In this document: one piece after another, positions 34,649-39,830 of the stretch | How positions within the stretch are numbered: the first letter of the stretch is position 1 | Layout of the letters: every line of letters begins with the position of its first letter | NCBI GenBank assembly: GCA_937911635.1 | Contig: CALDQI010000531.1 | Location: forward strand, 1-39,830 | Direction of reading: 5' to 3' | DNA: 39,830 nt | Source of the DNA: an uncultured Pseudomonadota bacterium | GTDB taxonomy: Bacteria > Myxococcota_A > UBA796 | Made by a program: the position numbers and the translations under genes | The notes under the pieces: model-generated | The model's database searches: none | Told to the model about the DNA's origin: nothing | Seen by the model: the letters and a program-made list of their open reading frames with translations, nothing else

Positions 34649-36348
34649 TTTGCCTCCTGGAGCAACGTTGTGTCATCGTACTGAACGCGAATCAACCATT
34701 GTTGGAAGATGGTCAGCAAGATGTTCATGGAAAAGTACAATACCAATCCACTTGGAAAGGTAAACATAAAGACGCCAAATATTAGTGGCATCAATTTAAG
34801 CATTTTTTGCTGTGCAGGATCCATACTTCCCATGGGCATCATACGCTGTTGAAAAAACATCAACACACAGTACATAATTGCCAGAATACCATAGGGATCT
34901 GCACTGGTTAAATCTTGTAAATATAAAAACTGAGAGTCGTACAATTCGACACTGTACAACATTACATTGTACAACGAGAACCATACTGGAATCTGAATGA
35001 ATGTCGGTAAACAACCCCCAAGAGGACTTACACCATGCTCAGTAAAGAGTTTCATGGTCTCTTGTCCTTGCAGCTGCGCATTGTCTTTGTATTTCTCTTT
35101 GAGTTCTTTCAACAGTGGCTGAATCGCTTGCATCTTTCGACCGCTTATAAAAGCCTTTTGCGTAAGTGGAAAGAAAATAACCTTAACGACCAACGTCAGT
35201 AAGAGGATAGAAACACCCCAATTTACAAAGCCAGCCTGAATCATTTTCAGCATAAACAACAACACTCTGGAAAAGAAACCGAAAATCCCAAATTCTATAG
35301 ATTCCGTCCAAGACTCTCCAAGTTGTTCGAGTTGATCCATCTGTTTTGGACCGACAAAAGCTTTCAACTGAATGGTTCGTGTAGCCCCTGAGTCAATTGC
35401 CTGACTCAATGTAGAAACGACTCCATATTCTCCTTCTCCAAACTTTCGAGTCGTAACCGAGGAAAAATCGGCCATATTGCTTGGATACAAGGCAGACAAG
35501 AAATATCTAGAACCGATTCCAAACCAATCTGGTGCGCTGTCAAACTTCGTTGGTTCGTCTAAATCCTCTAAGGTAAGAAACGACGTACCAAAGAAGGAAC
35601 CAAAGGTACCAACCAACTCTTCTTCCACATAGAACTGGGGACGAGAAGCATTCGTAAATCGATCTGCTGACTCATCATCCATCTTATCCATCATACCAAT
35701 CCAGAGATCATCAACTTTTTCCGAACGCTGATTGGAAATAATAACTTCTACATCGATAGTGTTCCTTTCAACACCTTGAACGTCACTTTCCGGAAGTGTT
35801 ATTGTCTGAGAAACTTGCAATCCATTCACCGTCCCAACAGACTTAAATGTTCTAGAGTCCACTTTGGTGACGTTGAAAACATCTTTAAATGTCGCCTCTC
35901 CTTCACCAACAACAACCAACGACCCGGCTTTTGTCAGCAGCTTGAGTTCTTCATCAATATCTCTATATGGCTCCCATGACCCATCCATACCAGCAAATAT
36001 CCATCCCCACCAAGATTGTATTTCCGGCAAAACAGTGTATTCGCGAAGACCCACGAACTGTGGTGAACCATATGTAGAGGTAATATCAAAGTGAAAGGCT
36101 TCTGAGTCATACGGTATCGACTGATATGAAACCTTTTCCATAACTTTGGGTTGTACTGTTGTAGGTACAGGAGAATTCTCAATAACTGTACTCCCCTCTC
36201 CTTCTACAACCGATTCCGTCACGGTTGTTTCAACTGGCTGTTGAACAGGGGGTTCAAGCTGCGAGAACCAGAAGAAGTACGCTCCCATACTGATCACAAA
36301 AAATAGCTGTAATCGATTCTTGTGATCTTGATTTTCTAAACTATTCAT
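34645..36348 (-). CDS. yidC: Membrane protein insertase YidC
   Basis: N-terminal TM helix plus a large periplasmic domain. Conserved C-terminal core GGCLPTFIQIPVWFSLY. Synteny with yidD/rnpA/rpmH. Confidence 0.93.
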   Translation of the reverse strand: MNSLENQDHKNRLQLFFVISMGAYFFWFSQLEPPVQQPVETTVTESVVEGEGSTVIENSPVPTTVQPKVMEKVSYQSIPYDSEAFHFDITSTYGSPQFVGLREYTVLPEIQSWWGWIFAGMDGSWEPYRDIDEELKLLTKAGSLVVVGEGEATFKDVFNVTKVDSRTFKSVGTVNGLQVSQTITLPESDVQGVERNTIDVEVIISNQRSEKVDDLWIGMMDKMDDESADRFTNASRPQFYVEEELVGTFGSFFGTSFLTLEDLDEPTKFDSAPDWFGIGSRYFLSALYPSNMADFSSVTTRKFGEGEYGVVSTLSQAIDSGATRTIQLKAFVGPKQMDQLEQLGESWTESIEFGIFGFFSRVLLFMLKMIQAGFVNWGVSILLLTLVVKVIFFPLTQKAFISGRKMQAIQPLLKELKEKYKDNAQLQGQETMKLFTEHGVSPLGGCLPTFIQIPVWFSLYNVMLYSVELYDSQFLYLQDLTSADPYGILAIMYCVLMFFQQRMMPMGSMDPAQQKMLKLMPLIFGVFMFTFPSGLVLYFSMNILLTIFQQWLIRVQYDDTTLLQEAK

Positions 36349-36590
36349 GATTGTTCCTCTAATTTAGGCGGGACAGGATCCAGACCGTACCCCCCAAAGG
36401 GATTGCACCTTAAAATTCGCCAACTACCGAGATACGTTCCTTTAAACACTCCATGAACTCGAATAGCCTCTAACGTATATTGACTACAGGAAGGATGATA
36501 CCGACAACTTGGTGGAGTATACCTAGAAATCATTCTTTGATAACCGCGAATGGTCCAAATAAAAAGTTTTCCGATCATTGTTTCTAACAT
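36345..36590 (-). CDS. yidD: Membrane protein insertion efficiency factor YidD
   Basis: CRYHPSCSQYTLEAI...G...RILRCNPF motif. Confidence 0.9.
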   Translation of the reverse strand: MLETMIGKLFIWTIRGYQRMISRYTPPSCRYHPSCSQYTLEAIRVHGVFKGTYLGSWRILRCNPFGGYGLDPVPPKLEEQS

Positions 36591-36943
36591 CGATTTAGTT
36601 TGTTGAACGCTTCAACAATTTGGATGTTTATTTCGTGTTGAGTTCTATGCAACGCTGAAGCAAATGCAATGATGACTATATTAAGAGATGTACTCATCAA
36701 ATGCTTCTGTTTTCTACACGCTTCTCTAAGTCGACGCTTTACAAGATTTCGACATACAGCATTGCCAACCTTTTTACTGACAACCAATCCGAATCTCGGA
36801 TTGTTGGGCGCATGTGGAACTTTATGACAGGGTAAAAAAATAAAGAGAAAGTCGCGAGATTTTACCTTCGACCCACGTTTTTGGATCAACCGAAAATCTC
36901 TAGACTTTCTGATTTTGTCCACTTTCTGCCAAGTCACGTTCAT
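36584..36943 (-). CDS. rnpA: Ribonuclease P protein component
   Basis: Basic protein with RFGLVVSKKVGNAVCRNLVKRRLRE. I chose the ATG at 36941-36943 (GGAGA 7 nt upstream) over 36958. Confidence 0.88.
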   Translation of the reverse strand: MNVTWQKVDKIRKSRDFRLIQKRGSKVKSRDFLFIFLPCHKVPHAPNNPRFGLVVSKKVGNAVCRNLVKRRLREACRKQKHLMSTSLNIVIIAFASALHRTQHEINIQIVEAFNKLNRC

Positions 36944-36988
36944 GGAGAGTTCTCCCATTGACTCGAGAAAGTCAACACCAAGATACCA

Positions 36989-37138
36989 TTACTTGGTGCG
37001 GATATCAGGCGCCAAACGCTTACGGCCTTTTGAACGACGGCGACGCAAAACATTCTTACCACCTGGTGTACTCATGCGTGCACGAAAGCCGTGGCAACGT
37101 TTTCTCTTAATATTACTTGGTTGGTACGTGCGTTTCAT
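36989..37138 (-). CDS. rpmH: 50S ribosomal protein L34
   Basis: [42 protein letters not shown], with GGAG SD upstream. The 37210 start in the track is an upstream extension. Confidence 0.93.
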   Translation of the reverse strand: MKRTYQPSNIKRKRCHGFRARMSTPGGKNVLRRRRSKGRKRLAPDIRTK

Positions 37139-37345
37139 ATCTACTCCACAAAAATATACAATACTGATGTATCGGAATGTTTCTTTATCCGATATAGATG
37201 AATTCGTCAATATAAATAGGTCACACTATACGATTAGAGACTTCTAATTCGACTTGATGAATCCTAGTGATTTGACTATGAAAACATTTGCCCGTATATC
37301 GCCTTCATCTTTGACATTCTTACCATACGATTGTTGGACCACATC

Positions 37346-38701
37346 ATGAACCTTGAACAACTCTGGACAGATCTACAACAAGAGATCAAAGAAATCTTGG
37401 GTGTTAACAAGTATGAAATATGGGTTCAAAAGGGGGAGGAAGTCAAGTTACTGCTTGTAGATTACGGTGACACCTGGATTTTATTTGAAACCAACAACGA
37501 CTATTTTGCAAAGCATGTCGAAAAACACATCTGGCCGACTCTATCAGAGCTGTTTCTAGCAATCTGTGGACATCCTATCGAGTTTAGATATAGAGAATCG
37601 ATTTCCGATGGAGCATCAATAGAAGAGTCGTCAGGGCAGGGGATGTCGGAAGCACCTAAAAGAATCCTTGAAGGAATTCCATCGGATAAAACGTTTGATA
37701 ATTTTGTCGTTGGTAAATGCAATGAGTTCGCACATGCGGCAGCTATGGCGGTGGCTGATTCCCTAGGGGATGATCAATACAATCCTCTATATATGTATGG
37801 ATCTACGGGACTTGGCAAAACCCATTTGATGCTGGCCATTGCGAATGAAGTTGCACAACTGAATCATTCTATTACCCCTCTTTATATTACTGCTGAATCA
37901 TTTATTAACGACATGATTCTACATCTTCGAACCCGCAAAATGAATGAGTTCAAACTCAAATATAGGGAAAACTGTACGCTTCTGTTGATGGACGACATCC
38001 AATTTTTATCCAACAAAGATCAAATGCAAGAAGAATTGTTTCACACGTTCGAATATTTAAAGAATCAAGGACACCAAATTGTCTTTACCTCAGATGTTCT
38101 CCCGAAAGATATCGAAGGACTGATGGATCGTCTTAGTTCACGTTTTCAAAGCGGAATGATTGCAGATTTACAAGCACCAGATATGGAAACCGTCTTGGCA
38201 ATCATCGAGCAAAAGTCTAGACGAATGGACGCCCATATTCCTCAGGATGTTGCACAATTCATAGCCGAAAATGCTCAAGGGAACGTTCGAGAAGTGGAGG
38301 GGAGTCTCAATAAGATTATTGGATTTGCCAAACTGAGAAAGACAAGAATCACATTGAACCTCGCGAAAAGAGAATTGAAGCACATCTTTCAAGAAAAGCC
38401 GACTGAACCTCTCGCACCAGAAAATGTAATCAGCAGCGTTAGCAGTACATACAATATAGAGAAGTCCCAGCTGTTGGGACGCTCTCGTAAGGCTATATTC
38501 AGTCATCCACGACAAGTTACCATGTATATTTTAAAAGAATACAGTACTCTCTCTACCGGTCAAATCGGCGCTGCATTGAATGGACGAGACCACAGCACTG
38601 TGATTCATGGTCACGCGAAAATCAAGGAGAAACTGAAAACCGACGCTTCCCTCAAAAAAACTGTAGATCTAATCAAACGAGATCTTCAAATCTGGACTTA
38701 A
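37346..38701 (+). CDS. dnaA: Chromosomal replication initiator protein DnaA
   Basis: Walker A GSTGLGKTHL, Walker B LLMDDIQF, and the domain IV DNA-binding motif HSTVIHGHAKI. I preferred the ATG at 37346 (MNLEQLW) over the TTG at 37331. Confidence 0.93.
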   Translation: MNLEQLWTDLQQEIKEILGVNKYEIWVQKGEEVKLLLVDYGDTWILFETNNDYFAKHVEKHIWPTLSELFLAICGHPIEFRYRESISDGASIEESSGQGMSEAPKRILEGIPSDKTFDNFVVGKCNEFAHAAAMAVADSLGDDQYNPLYMYGSTGLGKTHLMLAIANEVAQLNHSITPLYITAESFINDMILHLRTRKMNEFKLKYRENCTLLLMDDIQFLSNKDQMQEELFHTFEYLKNQGHQIVFTSDVLPKDIEGLMDRLSSRFQSGMIADLQAPDMETVLAIIEQKSRRMDAHIPQDVAQFIAENAQGNVREVEGSLNKIIGFAKLRKTRITLNLAKRELKHIFQEKPTEPLAPENVISSVSSTYNIEKSQLLGRSRKAIFSHPRQVTMYILKEYSTLSTGQIGAALNGRDHSTVIHGHAKIKEKLKTDASLKKTVDLIKRDLQIWT

Positions 38702-38884
38702 ATGGCCTTCCGTTTATCTCAGAGAGAGTGTCTGATTTACCCATTGGCATTCGTTAATGTAGAGATCATTTCGTTCAACCGATGAATACGCCTCAAAATA
38801 TCGATGGAGGATCTCAATGTAGATCCTAAAGATCCTTATATTCACGATCTCAGGGTGAATTTTGAAAAGGATCGTCAATTATGC

Positions 38885-39077
38885 TGTTGATAACTTGTGG
38901 ATAAGTACTGTTTTACCTGTGGATAAGTTGTGGATAAAGTTGTGGACAAGTGGATAAAAATCTCATATCAAAAGTTATCCACAAGTTATCAACATGTTAT
39001 CCACAGGTTATCAACAGGTACCATATGGGTTTGTAGTTGAAAAAATGGGTCTTGTAGAAGTTATCAACTTATCCACA
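38885..39077. promoter_or_regulatory. DnaA-box array (6 boxes in TGTGGATAA orientation, then 6 in TTATCCACA orientation)
   Basis: Perfect 9-mers at 38896, 38918, 38929 (TGTGGATAA) and at 38975, 38997, 39069 (TTATCCACA). One- to two-mismatch boxes at 38885, 38941, 38949, 38986, 39008, 39061. Boxes 38975-39016 have strict 11-bp spacing. Confidence 0.9.
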
Positions 39078-39130
39078 GCACACTACTAATATCTACTAAA
39101 AAATACAATACTATATAATTTTTTGTTTTA
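39078..39130. other. GC-rich spacer followed by an AT-rich putative DNA unwinding element
   Basis: GCACAC, then TACTAATATCTACTAAAAAATACAATACTATATAATTTTTTGTTTTA (about 85% AT), immediately after the last DnaA box and before the dnaN SD. Confidence 0.6.
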
Positions 39131-39143
39131 GGGGAGTCGAATC

Positions 39144-39830
39144 GTGAAATTCATCATCAATAGAAAGGATCTCTCAACTATTTTGCAACGAGTTCAAACA
39201 ATCGTTTCAGGGCAAGCCGGAAAAGAGATCAAAAATCCTATTTTGAATCACATAAAACTCGATGTAGCAGACAATCGAATTACGATTACTGCCTCTGGTG
39301 CTAGTGGGGAAGGATTGTCATTGGTTACACACATGGATGACTGTGTACAAGTTTTGGAGCCTGGTTCTATTTGTGTAAAGTTTGCTCGATTGTTCAACAT
39401 TGTGAAGGTCTTAGGGCATGAAACGTGTACCATTTCGGTGGAAGATATCATGACAGGACCAATGATCATTCACAATGGACGAACAGATGTTACAATTGAT
39501 GAATGTCGTTATGCTGAAGAATTTCCACCAATTGGACATTTCGCGAAAGATCTTACCATCCAAATGAAAACAGAAGAGTTGCGACGTATGATTGCTGAGA
39601 GTGAGTTCTCAATAGGAAAGAGACCCAATTTTAATGGCATGCATATTGCATTTAATGAAGTAGACAAAACACTTCGCTTTGTAAGTACAGATGCCAATCG
39701 AATGTCATGGTCAGAAGCTTCTGTGGATACTGTAACTGTGAACAATGATCCTGAGTTAACGAAAATGCTCTTGTCTCCCAAAGCGGTTGCAGAGATCAAA
39801 CGTTGCTGTGCAGAAGGAGAGGAGTGTACA
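39144..39830 (+). CDS. dnaN: DNA polymerase III beta sliding clamp, 5' partial (runs off the window)
   Basis: This ORF is absent from the supplied track because it has no stop in the window. GTG at 39144 lies after GGGGAG. Translation is VKFIINRKDLSTILQRVQ...NPILNHIKLDVADNRITITASG...LRFVSTDANRM, typical of the DnaN N-terminal domains. Confidence 0.9.
   Translation, partial: MKFIINRKDLSTILQRVQTIVSGQAGKEIKNPILNHIKLDVADNRITITASGASGEGLSLVTHMDDCVQVLEPGSICVKFARLFNIVKVLGHETCTISVEDIMTGPMIIHNGRTDVTIDECRYAEEFPPIGHFAKDLTIQMKTEELRRMIAESEFSIGKRPNFNGMHIAFNEVDKTLRFVSTDANRMSWSEASVDTVTVNNDPELTKMLLSPKAVAEIKRCCAEGEECT

Larger units (their letters stand above)
38764..39143. other. Chromosomal replication origin (oriC) between dnaA and dnaN
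   Basis: Twelve DnaA boxes, a flanking GATC cluster and a 3' AT-rich tract, located in the dnaA-dnaN spacer. Confidence 0.88.

Noticed and set aside
37139-37345. Possible second DnaA-box cluster (bipartite origin) in the rpmH-dnaA spacer.
   Set aside because: Only poor matches are present (TACTCCACA, TTATCCGAT, each with 2 or more mismatches). All strong boxes lie downstream of dnaA.

Overview
Gene-dense chromosomal window (~42% GC) from a diderm bacterium. LTD proteins, a DCDD..DNDCDG Cys motif and a thrombospondin-type-3/OmpA protein suggest a Myxococcota/Bdellovibrionota-like lineage, but that is inference only. The right end is the replication origin region: rpmH-rnpA-yidD-yidC-jag-mnmE on the minus strand, then dnaA, an oriC with 12 DnaA boxes plus an AT-rich unwinding element, and the 5' part of dnaN (it runs off the window). 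The rest comprises housekeeping genes (ribF, serA, serC, gshB), c-di-GMP signalling (REC-EAL, REC-like-GGDEF), two radical-SAM enzymes, many lipoproteins and envelope proteins, and glycosyltransferase-like membrane proteins. I saw no rRNA, tRNA, CRISPR array, transposase, integrase or phage gene. The best candidate for an undescribed system is the minus-strand operon ~12289->5988. There a GGDEF cyclase precedes a 1149-aa protein (signal peptide, long periplasmic coiled coil, TM bundle, cytoplasmic Walker A/B NTPase, winged-helix-like tail) that is translationally coupled to a stand-alone MscS channel. This looks like a split MscK-type channel that has gained an ATPase. Other points: nt 1-211 are a ~58% GC YciB-like fragment fused in frame to an unrelated LTD gene (chimeric junction). 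mnmE has no canonical start codon for its conserved N-terminus. A dense GATC cluster flanks the DnaA-box array. Several lipoproteins have extremely short leaders. All functional calls come from reading translated motifs by eye; no database search was run.
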